Positions 44,994-56,994 of a stretch of 64,000 nt of DNA are shown piece by piece. The notes beneath the pieces were generated by a model. It was not told where the DNA came from, did no database searches, and worked only from the letters and a program-made list of their open reading frames with translations. The stretch is from the NCBI GenBank assembly GCA_001949185.1, contig BDGG01000001.1, forward strand, positions 3,895,624 through 3,959,623, in the 5' to 3' direction. Position numbers and translations under genes: made by a program. Each line of letters starts with the position of its first letter. Position 1 is the first letter of the stretch. This DNA is from Ramazzottius varieornatus (taxonomy: Eukaryota > Animalia > Tardigrada).

Positions 44994-46540
44994 ATGGCCA
45001 CAGGATCGCCAAAGATGGAACAACGCAGCGCAGTCGACGTCGTGGAGGACATTATTGAGCTGGATGTGCGTAGCGAAGATGATAACGAGGAACGTGAATC
45101 AGCTTTGAACGGCGGAGAAATATTTCCCAAACCCGTCATCTTTCTTGCGGAAGACGAAACTAATCGTCTCCGGCTGATCTCTGAGAGTACGTTTCATCAC
45201 GTTCCGAAGTCTTTCCAGGATGACTGGAGAATTCTGCTTGACGAGCGTCGAGGGAATGTTGGCTTGCTAGACGGATTCCAGTTCGTCGTCGATCGACTCA
45301 TGATGGAAGAGGGGTTTCGAAAAGTTCAGGTATTGATGTTACTCTTATGGCGAACATAGTTCTAAACTTCTGGTGAGTGTTTCAGTTTATGCGCCGTAAG
45401 CCTGTGAGTTAATAAGTAAGATGAGGGCGATCAGTCAAGGGGCAGTTTGGGACAAGAGTGATGAGTCGGCCACCCCTTACCCTTCTTTGGATCCCTGACG
45501 TCGTAGTGTTGAAATTTGGTGTGACTGATATGCTTGGGTTGGCCGGGCTTGATCAACAGCACGACTATCGTGTTAACAACCCGGTTCCTTCTTTGCAGTA
45601 CGCAACTACGGAATCGGAGCAGGAAACGGACAGTGTTCGACGCTCATATTACAACCATACGGTAGTTTGTCTCCCTGATCAAGTGTTCTCATGCGTCTTG
45701 ATCTTCTCGCGGTCGCAGTCGTGGAAAGTGGGGCAGCAGGCCCCCATTCCTGTCGTGGTGATCCAGTCCATGGTCCCTGAACAGTTTCGACACTTGTCCA
45801 AGTTCGCTCTCCCCACACGGATACTACAGTCTACTAGATACTGGATCAGCAACGCGTATGGTGGAAACCTGCGGTCGGATGTCGTGGAGATGTACAGGAA
45901 CCTTCCCGAGTTGAGCACCGTGGTGAAAGATACCCTCGTATTGAAGTTGAAAGCGATCATTTGTCACAGTATGTATATCAGGTCTTCTCGATTTTCCTAA
46001 CGTAAAGTTGCATCGTATATCTTGGCTTTTTTCCGCAGGTTTGGCGCCTCCCATATTGACGGGATTGGATAGTCTCCCTTGCGTCCTCCTCGAAGAGATA
46101 CTTCTCCGTACGAAAGATGCCGAGAAAACTGTCCTTACCATGAGACAAACTTGCAAGAAACTGAGACATGTTGCTGATATGGGTCACATCTGGAGAGTTC
46201 TCGGTCGCGAAACTTTTTCTGCGTTAAAGAGTATGTCGGACGCGGAAGTGCGAGAGAAGTTTGGATCCTGGAAGCAGGTACACTAATTGCTTATCATTAC
46301 GTTGTTGCGAACTCGGAAGTCATAGCTCTTTCTTTTGTTTTGTGCTAGGCGTTCGTGACTGAGCGGAGGGCTGAGATTGAGGAGAAAAAACGGAAGGCAG
46401 CGCTGGAGGCATCGTATGGTGCTATCGTGCCATATCACTGGAGTGGTTTCAATAGTAATTTGTTCAATTTTGCTCCTCTTCAGCGGCAGGTCGCTATGCC
46501 CAATCCCTACGCTAACCTATTCGAAGACGAATGGTACTGA
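44994..46540 (+). CDS. F-box protein of the FBXO7/nutcracker type (FP-like domain plus F-box)
   Basis: FP-like segments FVVDRLMMEEGF and MYRNLPELSTVVKDTLV, then the F-box GLDSLPCVLLEEILL...MRQTCKKLRHVADMGHIWRVL, and SWKQAF. The start is uncertain because there is a splice acceptor at 44947. Confidence 0.65.
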
Positions 46541-47006
46541 ACTCAGTCATCTTCTGCCGAACCATGTCACTGTTTGACACATTTGCAAGGTTGTACTAGA
46601 ATGATACTTCGATTTGGGCAGCAACTGAATTATCGCGAACAGTTTCTCCAGTTTCTTGCATAGCTTGTCCCAGTGTTCTCCTTCGTGTCCTGCAAGTGAT
46701 GGACAACGACCGCATACGTCGGTCTTCTTTTACGTCAGTTTTGAATTCTCCGGTGAAATAGTGTTGATTGTGAAAGCGTTCTAACGTGGTGACCGCGGAC
46801 TCGTAGAAAAGAGAGCTCGAGCTGCACAGCCACAAGTTTCACGACTCCCATAGTCTGGTTTCACGCTATCGTCCAGCCTTAGATTTCAAGCTGTGGGTTC
46901 CTTGCGAGGGAGGATTCCGGAATCGGCCTTCGTCGGTCTTCGACTCTTCGTCGATCCTTCGACCGAATCTTCGTCGATTCTACGAGCTCAGGCAGTGTGG
47001 TCAAAC

Positions 47007-49944
47007 TAGAGGACTGGGCCGCAGGTCAGAAAGTACGCTGCATCTGTGCTGTGTGGGTTACGTATCCGCTGCATTCTGTGCTGCGCTGCGTAAACTTGTC
47101 CCGGTGGGGGTAGGCTGCTGCGGTGTAACTGACTGTAAACGGCTGCTACTGCGCTGCATATAGAATTTATTTTCCCGATATCAGATTACTCAGAATCAGG
47201 AAAGTCAGATTACTCAGAATCGGGAAACGTAATTAGACTGAATAACCATAAGATCACTCAGGGTCTGAGGATCTAACGACGTTCACTTTTCGTCAACTGC
47301 AGTTCGCGATCTGCTGAAAATATGAGTACTGGTACCAGGTAAAGAAAGACAACGTAGTGCATCGCTGCTTATTCGGGGAAAATCCTTCTGCTTTTCGATC
47401 CAGAAACTCAAAACATCTTGGTCCTCCGGAAAACTAGGTAGCCTGAAATACTTCTGCACTTCATTTTCTATGGGCTTGTCCATAGAGTACTTCTCCATGG
47501 CTTTCGGGTTGAACTTTGGTGGCTTTTTGGCTGCGACGTTGACAGCTGGAAGGTCGAAGCTCTCCATACTGTGTTTGTAATCATACTGATACGGCGCAAA
47601 CTCTCAATTTTCAAATAAAGTTTTGTAGGATTACCGCTCTAATAATTAGCTGACAATTCTGGTATATTTGGGGAAGATCTTGAAACGTATCAGTTGATGT
47701 CACAAAAACAAGAACAAGTTGCTTTCACCTTCGGCTGTTGGAGCTCCGATCTTTTCCGGCATTGGGACCTTCTGCACCTCAGCTATGCCGCGCGTGAGTA
47801 AAGCCACTTGTTCTTTCGCTTTCAGGAAGTTGAAGTGCTTCATGGACGGGTCCAGGAAGACAGCCCTCTTGTGAATTTCATCAATCTGAAGCTTCTTAGT
47901 GAGAACAGTTTCTGTGTGCTTCTGAAAAACTCTGACGTCAGCAAAATCGGAAGGGGTATACTCTTTGAAATGGCGGATAGGCTCGATGTAAGCCGGAGCG
48001 ACCAGATGCAGCGTAGGGGTCTTCGAAGCGGAGAGTTGAACCGTAATATCACTTACGGGCTCGAACAAGTCATGAATCTCCTGAATTCGTTGTCTGCTGG
48101 TTGGAAGTAGCTGCAATTCGTTTCGGTTTGCCAAGATTACTTCCAGCTCGTCGTAGGCAGCTACGCCTGAAGACAGCATTTTGACGTGGGTATTCCAGCT
48201 AATAAAGAAAACACAGTATTGCTCCATAGGAAAAACACAGTATTATTCCATATAGCTGAATAATAGGATCGGATCTCCGACAAGTTACAAGCTCACCGAG
48301 TATCGCACTGCTGCTTCAGCGTTGTTTTAAGCTGACAACTGATACCACCTTGCTTGCAGTGCGTCACCAAAGACTTGAGCTGGTTTATTAACGTTAGGGT
48401 TGGCAGAGCTCCCGCGGACATCGGAAACTGCGATTTCACTTTGGTCTTGAAGCAGGCTTGCTAGCACGTGTTGAGAATGTGGCCTGCACAGTTTATAAGT
48501 TCAAAGTCAGTGTCGCGGAAAGCAACCTTGATGTTACCGCCTTGATCCGTGAGGAATATGCAAAGCTTCAGATCTTCTTACCGTACATGTAGGGCACTGT
48601 AAACTCTACAATCAAAACACTCAATTTTATAAACGCCAGTAAAACAGCGCATCACACTATTCAAACTGCAGATATTTTTTAACCTAAGGAAGATATTTTG
48701 GTGTATTTTTCCTCCCAAAAGTCAAGAGTTATACTACTACCGTTCATCCGCAGTATAGGTCTAGTTTCTTCCAGCAGAGACACGGATTTTTTTGGTTTCG
48801 CTCCCAACATAGGTGCTGATTCTCGTCGGATTAGGAAGCATATTTTTGGCCGATGGCCTGCCAGCATGGCTCTATTTCATTGTAACATCGATCTCGGTGT
48901 CAATCAGGGCTCTAGATACTTTGCCCCTCACTTCTTTAAAGCTTCTTCCGTCTACAGCACAAAATCGAGCACACACCTTGGGGACTTCTTGTGTGGCCAC
49001 GAACTGAAGCTTGTGCATTTCCAGGAAGCCCGTTATTCTTGGCTGACTACCTTTTACGCCGCACTTCTGGACATAGCGGTTCAATGGATCAGTGGTACAT
49101 CGGTAAAGCTTCCACACTACCCTGCTCTCACTGCAGCAAACAAAGTCGAGCCCGTCACCCGAATCTACATCGACAACACGCGTTTCGGTCGACCCAAAGG
49201 CTTCTGGTTTCCGACTTCTGAAAATTTCATCTCGCAGGACGAATACGTCATCTTTCACCAACTTGTTCACTTCTTCCACAGACATCTTTCTGCAACAATA
49301 TTCGAGTTGCTCATTGCAGCACTGTGTTGATCGGAGCTCCTGGTTTCTGCTTACATGGCTTCCTGTTGGTTTTCAGAAGGTAGTACCGTTCTTGGTCTGA
49401 TAACGATTTTTCCACCAGCTGACCGATATTTCTTTCCGACATTTCTTTTCTTCATCGACACCTCCTCATCTTCGCTCTCTGCGGACATTCCGCTAGTTAC
49501 CCTCCATTGTAGCTCCAATGTCACCAGCTAAGGCGATAAATCGAGAGGCAGAAGAATAGGCCGCGAGTAACAAACGAAGAAGTAAAACATCGTGGAATGC
49601 TAATATGAACAACTGGGAAGCTTATCCACATATTTCCGTTCGGTCAAGGTTGGCACACGTAGTTGTTTCAGACGTGGCCTGCATAAAATGCAAGGCTACC
49701 AGTCAGCAGCTGTCGTCCTGCCCGAAAGAGCTGTTATTGGCACAGTGGCGACGCCGAAGATTCGCACGTCGAAACCAGCCAATTCGGTCTTTTTAGCAAA
49801 TGTACTGCTGTACGGCAGGCATCTCGGTCTCGCTGCATGCCGTGCTGCGCTTCGCCCTCTTCCGGTACAGCCACGCGGCAGCTGTACTGCAGCACAGCAC
49901 AGCTGCAGAGCAGTGCACCGCATGCGGTCAGATTCCGTGCTCTA
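47007..49944 (-). mobile_element. hAT-superfamily DNA transposon, defective
   Basis: Perfect 8-bp TSD GGTCAAAC at 46999-47006 and 49945-49952. Short imperfect TIRs TAGAGGACTG and TAGAGCACGG. Subterminal GCTGC/GCAGC repeats occur at both ends around hAT transposase fragments. Confidence 0.9.
47283..49488 (-). pseudogene. hAT transposase, intron-containing and disrupted
   Basis: ITLDFW (catalytic D), LTDQGGNIKVA...CAGHILN (D and CxxH), QCDTR|WNT split by an intron, SKTPTLHLV, and the hATC dimerisation region EVQKYF...VLSFW...FPRIS...LSLPGTS. There is an in-frame stop at 48872, a frameshift, and loss of the SER motif before FS. Confidence 0.82.
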
Positions 49945-50189
49945 GGTCAAACTTGGTGTAAAGCTGCAACCAGCGATGACGTCGCACTTCAGGAGTATCA
50001 ATTTTAAGTTTTAGGCCGGGTACATTTAGTCGACAGGGTCGCTATGAGTGACGGCGTCGTTACGAAGAACTTCGTAGACTTTGTGAACGCTTAAAGAAAG
50101 CTACTTTAAAGTGCCAATGAAGTGGGACAAGACTGGTCCGGGTCCGCGTGAAGAATCCTCCCGGAACGCGTCGTTTTGGCTGTTATGTG

Positions 50190-50723
50190 TCATGTCATAG
50201 CGATCAGCTGATCGATACACACGTTGACCAGATATCTCACCCACCATCCGCGCGGTCTTTTTACACGCACCCGGACCCAAATCTGTCCCGCATCATTGGC
50301 CTTTGAAGTAGTTTGTATAGTAGACAAGATTTCAGTCAACCACAAGGTAAGCCACAATATCTTGACGAACCAGCGTTCACTAAGTACGGTGGCAGATGCG
50401 ATCAACCCAGCAATCGCAACTTCGCTAGTAAATTTCCGGCTTTGCTTTGCATCTGCAAATTTTTTTCTCTCATCCGTCCTCAGAAACATAAACGTCTCTT
50501 TCGCTTTTCGTCTCGGTTTTTCTTTTCTGGAAAACGTGGACGCGCTTCGATAGATCAAGAAGATATGGAATCCGTTGAGAGAAATCCTTTCAATGCTGCC
50601 ACAGCGCAGTTCTTGAGGATCATTAAGGCTAGTTCTGCTGCGGCGGAAGTTCGGCTGCGGGACAGCGCACTGAGAGTATCGGGCTCGGGCGGACGAAGAG
50701 ATGATATCAGGGCCAACAAGCAA
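50190..50723 (-). pseudogene. Possible gene fragment, weakly resembling the pre-TM1/TM1 region of DEG/ENaC channels
   Basis: KFTSEVAIAGL...RWFVKILWLTLWL loosely recalls F-x3-TS-x-HG...R-x-FW. There is no proper ATG start and no continuation. Confidence 0.2.
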
Positions 50724-51332
50724 CCTTCAGTGGATCATACTGATCATTAGAAAGCTCCATCCTTAAGTCAGAAGATATTACAGGAGAAAAAACAGAGCTC
50801 GGTGGAGGCTGGAGAGAACAAAGCGCACTACGAGGAGTACTCTTAAGTGCTGGGTAGGAAGCTACTAGCCTGTTTTGGCTAGTAGTTGTGGTAGGCGCTT
50901 TATAATGGAGCTGGTTGGCTACGCTGGTTGCCTACCCCGATGCGTTCTTGAAGTCGACGTAGTATGCAACGAGGTTAGTTGAAACGTGGTTGAAATGACC
51001 CATCTCGTAATTTTTCGACTTTGTGAACGATTTTTGGGTTGTTATGGGCTACCCACGTCTGGGTTGGAAATAATCGCCTTTGTGAACGGAGGTTCATCAT
51101 CATTTTCATAACGACCTAGTAGCCTACCACTAAATGAACCCGGCGTTAGTTTTCATTTTTCAAATCAAGTATCCCAAATCCCAGTTGCCATTCGCATCTT
51201 TTCCGCCTGGATTCATCTCATCAGGTTTCTACTCCCGGCCATTTGCATCCTTTGTTATGCTGGACCTATCGGCGGATCTTCTGTAAGCTGTAACGGGTAA
51301 TCTGCGCGTTGAGTTGAGGGTTTGGGAGCGTC

Positions 51333-52029
51333 ATGTTTCGTAGTTTCGCTCGCTTGAGCTCTATCGACGCTCTCACAGCCACCGGAAGTTGGAATTCCGT
51401 CAGGCATACTTCTCCCGGAATTGCTTCTAGAAGCTTTCACACCTCACCTGCTACCTTCAGAGTGCAGGCCGGAAAGTAAGTGAAACCTGGCTTTTGTGCT
51501 GTGACAATAAATGTTCCATAGTAAGAAGACCACTCGAATTTTGCTGATTATGTTTTATGTATACAGTACCGTGTAGTTCCCTAATCACCATCCAGAGTAG
51601 TGCATCAATTTTGTTTATTTCCATTTCAGGTACAAACCCACGCAGTATAAAACCAAGGCGCTGACCTACGAACAAGCTAATTACCCTCACACCATCGGCA
51701 TTCGAAAGTCGTGGAATGCATGGAATACGTCAAACCTGCTGGAATCCAACACGAGGGACCAAGCCTATGAACAGACGATATGGGACACCTTCATTCGGAA
51801 ATTCATCTACGGAACATGGCATAATATGTTCGTCTCAGAAATCATCATTAAAAGGAGGCACAACATGATTCACGTAGCCGGAGTCGTTCAGCAGACGGTA
51901 CCCGTCCGAAAGATGTATTTTCTAATTGGCTACACGGAAGAGTTCTTGGGATATTTGCTCAAGAGCCCTGTCAAAATGGAAATACAGAGCGTACCCGACA
52001 AGAAAGATATGATTTTTACTTACATATAA
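51333..52029 (+). CDS. MRPS24: 28S mitochondrial ribosomal protein S24 (uS3m)
   Basis: MFRSFARL...RVQAGK, an intron at 51476-51569, then YKPT...LTYEQANYPHTIGIRKSWNAWNTSNL...DTFIRKFIYGTW...EIIIKRRHN...YFLIGYTEEFL...FTYI*. Confidence 0.93.
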
Positions 52030-52171
52030 AAATGTTGATAATGCTTTTATATGCAGTGAACATTATTCTCGATAACAACATTTCTTTTGAGGCTCGGGCG
52101 TGAAAATACATTTAATATGTACAGTACCAAAAACGCTCGTGGTTATTGGCAACGCTCTTTTTATTATTAAC

Positions 52172-52621
52172 TTACAACACAAAGAAGAGAAGAATTACAA
52201 TGAAAAGGATAACTAAGAGGACAATAATGATTGTCCATTGAGTTTTATCATCAGCCATGTTGGAAACTTTGTGGAGCTTCTTCATGACGACGCTCATGGT
52301 GGTATCTGTGCGTTCCATATGCTCTCCCAGTTCGTCCATAATGACTAAGTGCTCATTCACTTCGGTGCCAATCTTTTGGCTCATTTCTTTCAGGACTCCA
52401 ACGCTGCTGCCAATTTTGTCCAGCGTTTCGTCTTGAGCTTGGATGGCTCGTTTCTGCTGTTGCATGGTGTTCGACAGGAAGGCTTCGTTCTCCTCATCGT
52501 CGACTTCGTTCTCGTACTTTTCATACCGTTTGGCGCCGCTTGTCGTGGTCGACGGACTTCCGAATAAATTCTTTCGGAATCCAGAATCTCCCACCCCAGA
52601 TTTTGAGGCTCGCTGGTCCAT
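52172..52621 (-). CDS. STX6: Syntaxin-6-like Qc-SNARE (SNARE motif and TM); N-terminal domain exon(s) not found
   Basis: QQQKRAIQAQDETLDKIGSSVGVLKEMSQKIGTEV...VMKKLHKVSNMADDKTQWTIIIVLLVILFIVILLFFVL* closely follows the syntaxin-6 C-terminal pattern. Confidence 0.8.
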   Translation of the reverse strand: MDQRASKSGVGDSGFRKNLFGSPSTTTSGAKRYEKYENEVDDEENEAFLSNTMQQQKRAIQAQDETLDKIGSSVGVLKEMSQKIGTEVNEHLVIMDELGEHMERTDTTMSVVMKKLHKVSNMADDKTQWTIIIVLLVILFIVILLFFVL

Positions 52622-54675
52622 AATTAACGCAGAAATAAAAGGAGAAACTCGAGGACACTTGACACCACTTGCAGGAAGGTTTCCTGCCAACTATTGGCGA
52701 AATGAATCCAGACAACTGGTGATCAAACCATCTAGAGATCCGTACTTTGGACAGCATCCAACCAGAACACAGACAGGCAGAGGTCCGTACAGTCGATCGA
52801 GCTGGAATTTGACGACACGCGATCAATATGGGAAGCAAAAGGTAATGGCGCCAAGACCGTCGATCATTATGGTGTATTCCGTCCACTTCGTCATCCCCAG
52901 CATGCTCTGGAGCAGGATTGCTGACCACCAATCTGCCTGAAAGAACGAAGTTGACAGTTAGCTAACAGAAACTCCAAAAGGAGACATACCGTGACACATG
53001 TATCGGTATGTCATAACCGCTATCGTTCGATGTCTCACTAGCTTAGCAACTCGGCGACGAACAAATCAATGGCCATGGTGAATCAACCCCCCGAGCTGAC
53101 GTTTATGGAAATCAATGACATCACAACTCCTATACGATTACATTAATTTTGTAGAAATAAATCACGCTTACACCAAGACCGGGAATGCCGGGAATATTCC
53201 CACCCAAACGAGTCCAGAATTGCAGTACCGAGAAAATCCCCCCCAAACCTGAGGACCAGGAACATCTGCCTGGGAAGACCGAGAACTCTAATTAGGGTGG
53301 GAATTACAATTAATACTAGTACAAATACAAATATAAAAATATAGGGCGAAACATGAGTCGATCAACCGACTTCCAGGTCTCGAGAATGTCTCTCTGGCAG
53401 CGTTAGCGTTCGCTGGCATGACTAGTAATTTTCCGTTTTCGTACTGATTGATGTTGGGCCGCGTGGCACTCTGCTACCTCGGTACATAAGGGCGTACGTC
53501 TACCTTGATTGTTGATTCTAACTACACAGTCCGAGCGTGCTCGAGACACCGTACGACATTACGGATACCACGGCTCAGTTTTTCCGCAAATACCTTACGT
53601 CAGTTACCACACTCTCACCACGTTTTACCTTTCAGTTAGAAAAACAGGATTAGTCCAGAATTTGACTATTTTCAAAACGTAGTCTAGGCTGTGTTTCACG
53701 AACGATAGACCCCAGGACTTTCCAAACCGCGAACCTCCTGCAGAACCACTCAAGCGCACATTGGCTTTGAATGTTCAAACAGCTAGAAGGGCTATCAAAT
53801 GGCTGTTCCACAAAGCTGAGCTTACCTCTCGATCATTCCGCTGCCGGGGGAGATCAGCTGATAAGATCTCTGATCCTCGTAATCTATGTTCTGAACGGAA
53901 ACGTACGCATGAATTAGGTCCAAATACAGGAGTGCAGCTGTTCTATTCAGTCAAGGTGTATTTGAAATTAAAACGGGAAATGCTGCTCCCTCAGACGCTC
54001 AATGTTCGGAACAACAGCCAAGGCGGTTGAATAGTTGGTGTGCTTGCATGTTTCAGTCCTCATCAGAACCAGATGAGTAACTTGCGGCACGCATCATTTG
54101 TCGTTCGAATCGTTTGTGATCAGTCAAGTAATTCGCTTTGTTTTGTCGTGCTTGTTCCATGTTTCCGACAGTAAGTCTTGAATGTCTCTTGAAGCAGATT
54201 TTGGAAAGTTTCGCTGGCCTCCGGCCGGCATTCTCTCTCTATTTGCAGTGTGAGTTTCGATGCTAGAAGTGCTCCTTCCTTTGTTTCAGAAGTCGCCAGA
54301 TTCGGAAATTATACACAGTTATCCTCTCATGAAATCTTGTTTAGGCTGAATGTAGCTATCGAATGATCCTGTGGAATTTTCAGCCTGTATTTTGATGTAG
54401 TTCTCATATACAGCAGTTTGAAAAGACTGATTCAAAGAAGTAAATTTAAACAATCAATAGATTTTGGAATTACAAAATTACATTCCCAGGCCAAGTCAAG
54501 CCCTTAGCCCACCTCTGAAATAAACAAGAAATCGAAGCGCAGTTTGGGGGGGGGGGGTATATCTATCTATCATTTTCTCGCGAAAATTTCCTCTTCTAGC
54601 GACTTCCACTCTCCATTGTTAATTCATAGCCAACAAACTCCCTGTTTGTTTACTTTTAGACAAGTTCCGGCCAAG

Positions 54676-55855
54676 ATGAGAAGTAGCCTGCTGAAGGTGT
54701 GCTTGCAGTTCGGGACAACGCATCGCTTGCTTCACGACACTGTGCGATGCTCTGCTCCAGTCAGCAAAACTGCCCTGTCTTCTCTGCGAAAGAAAACAGG
54801 ATACTCGTTTGCCAACTGCAAGAAGGCTCTGGAGCAGTTCGGTGAAGATGTCAGCCAAGCAGAAGCCTGGCTGAAGGAGCAAGCGCAGAAGGAGGGTTGG
54901 GCCAAAGCGACAAAGCTACAAGATCGATCAGCAGTACAAGGGCTTGTTGGTGTTAATTATAACCCTGAAGAAGGCACCGGTATTCTAGTGGAAGTGAACT
55001 GCGAAACAGACTTTGTAGCGCGCAATTCCAAGTTCCAAGACATGGTGGCGCTCGTTACTGAATCGTGTAGACGGGAACTCGAACTTAAACCTATCAACGG
55101 ATCATCTTATCACAAGGTTAGTGCCGTCCAGGAGTCCAGGTTGAATTGTCTGATGTTTGTGGATTGACGTTATTCCTTCCCGTTCTAGTGGTCGGTGAGC
55201 TCAGACGTCCTGCTCGGATTCAAGTCTACACAAGGGAAAACACTGGGAGATTTAGTTGCTCTGACCATCGGACAGATGGGAGAGAATATGGTGCTGAGAA
55301 GGGCTGTACTCGTCAAGGCGAACCCCAAAGAATGCAGAGTAAGTACATATAATCACGCGAAACCATTTTCTGCTGCGTCTTCCCGCAACAAAGTGCGTCA
55401 CGAAACTGTATAGCTTTAGTGAAAGAAGGAGTGTGGGGTGCGGACACAAGAATTTTCACTTTGCTATGTTTTAGATCAGCGGATACGCCCATGCAGCAGA
55501 CACGGTTTCCTCGTCAGACGGCTGTTCATTCGGGAAATACGGAGCTCTCCTCATGTATCGACAAGCACAACAGGGCCTGTCGAATCCTGACGAGACAAAA
55601 CGACCTTCCGGTCTTTCTCTGGACGATGTTGGACGCCAGCTCTGTCAGCACATCGTGGGCATGAACCCACAGTCGATAGGTAGCTTGGACGACGAAGAAG
55701 ACTCGAAAGGTGTTGAAGACGAAACCAGACTGGTTCACCAGGAATTTCTAGCAGACCCTACTCTCGATGTTAGCGATGTTTTGATTCAGAACAATGTGGA
55801 AGTCATGGATTTTGTCCGGTTTGAATGTGGGGGAAAGATATCTGAACAACCATGA
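54676..55855 (+). CDS. TSFM: Mitochondrial translation elongation factor Ts
   Basis: LRKKTGYSFANCKKALE, VEVNCETDFVARN, GENMVLRRA, GKYGAL, GRQLCQHIVGMNP, FVRFECG. Three coding exons. Confidence 0.96.
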
Positions 55856-56172
55856 TACAGTAGCTTCCCGCTCACAACTTTCACTGAGTGACACTGACTC
55901 AAACACCTGAAGTTTGATCCGACTATAATCTTCTTCTTCCCCGAACGAACTGTAGTAGCACAATATATAAGAATATCAGGATAAAGACGACAACACGAAC
56001 TGATAGTCTACACAAACACACACCTAAAATAGTCACATCCGACAAACCCGAGTGACAGATGTTTGAATTAGACACAATATCGCAGCTAGTTCCGCGAACC
56101 CACATACTGCATGAGTATCATAGGTTTCCAAGTTGGCCTTCTGTTACTCCTTCTAGTATGTTGTTCCAAACT

Positions 56173-56994
56173 TTACTCCTTCCATCTTCCCTTTTCGTAG
56201 TCCCATTTGCTGGCCAGACCGTCGACTGCCCCGACACGCAAGTCGATCATACGTTTGAGTTGCGCTAGTCTGTGTTCATCGTCAAACGTTTCTGGCAGAG
56301 GTCCGTACACTGAAACAGGAAACGTACGTCAAGCATGAAGCATCTCCCAAAAGGCAAAAGCACACATTGCCAAAGTACACTATGCTCTTACCCTTCTTCA
56401 GTGTGATGAAAGCCCACAAACCCAATGTCATCCAGAAGATAACGATAGCAGTGATGTTCTTCCACACTCCGGTTGGAGCTAGCATCTCACTGAACGTTTC
56501 ACAGTAATTATAGCGATACAGCTTCTTCTTATCATCTATGCTCAAATTTCTCCAGTCTGCTTTCTCCTTCTGAATGACCGACTGAAACGCAGCTGAGGGT
56601 TCTTGAAACCTGCAAAATTTCGAAAAGTCCAAATCCATGGGCTGTATACGATGAGGGGGTTGTGTGAAAACTGAAGACTGTGAGCGTACTCGTGCACCAG
56701 ATTCCTATAGCTGTGCTGTACGTACCGCACAGCTGGATACGGCCAGACCACACTGTCACCATAGCTTGGTTCACCGTCCCATCCATAGCCAACGACTTCT
56801 CTGTTTCCAATTGCCGCTCGGTAAGCAGGAACGTGGCCATGTCCGTGCGAATCATGTCCACCATGCGTAGCAACTTGTCCATGTCCATGTGCACCTACTG
56901 CTGCCGAATGAGATGCCATCCTCGACTGCGAAAGCAACCATCCTCCGGGTGTGGCGACCAACTTTCGAGATACACACCGACTCAAGAATGCCAT
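56173..56994 (-). CDS. COX4: Cytochrome c oxidase subunit 4
   Basis: IGNREVVGYGWDGEPSY, PAVRF, KEKADWRNLSIDDKKKLYR...TFSEM, a TM helix, and GLASKWDYEKGRWKE*. Confidence 0.96.

Noticed and set aside
48698-49330. 210-aa plus-strand ORF inside the hAT element as possible cargo
   Set aside because: It has no recognisable motifs and lies antisense to transposase coding sequence.
52172-52621. Calling the short SNARE BET1 or BET1L
   Set aside because: The motifs QDExLD, VLKxMSQKIG and VMKKLxKVS...DxxQW match syntaxin-6 rather than BET1.
54045-54070. Hammerhead-like core CTGATGA-GGACT-GAAAC on the minus strand
   Set aside because: The cleavage triplet would be GCA rather than NUH, helix I pairs for only about 3 bp, and helix II is essentially absent. 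A chance match is likely.
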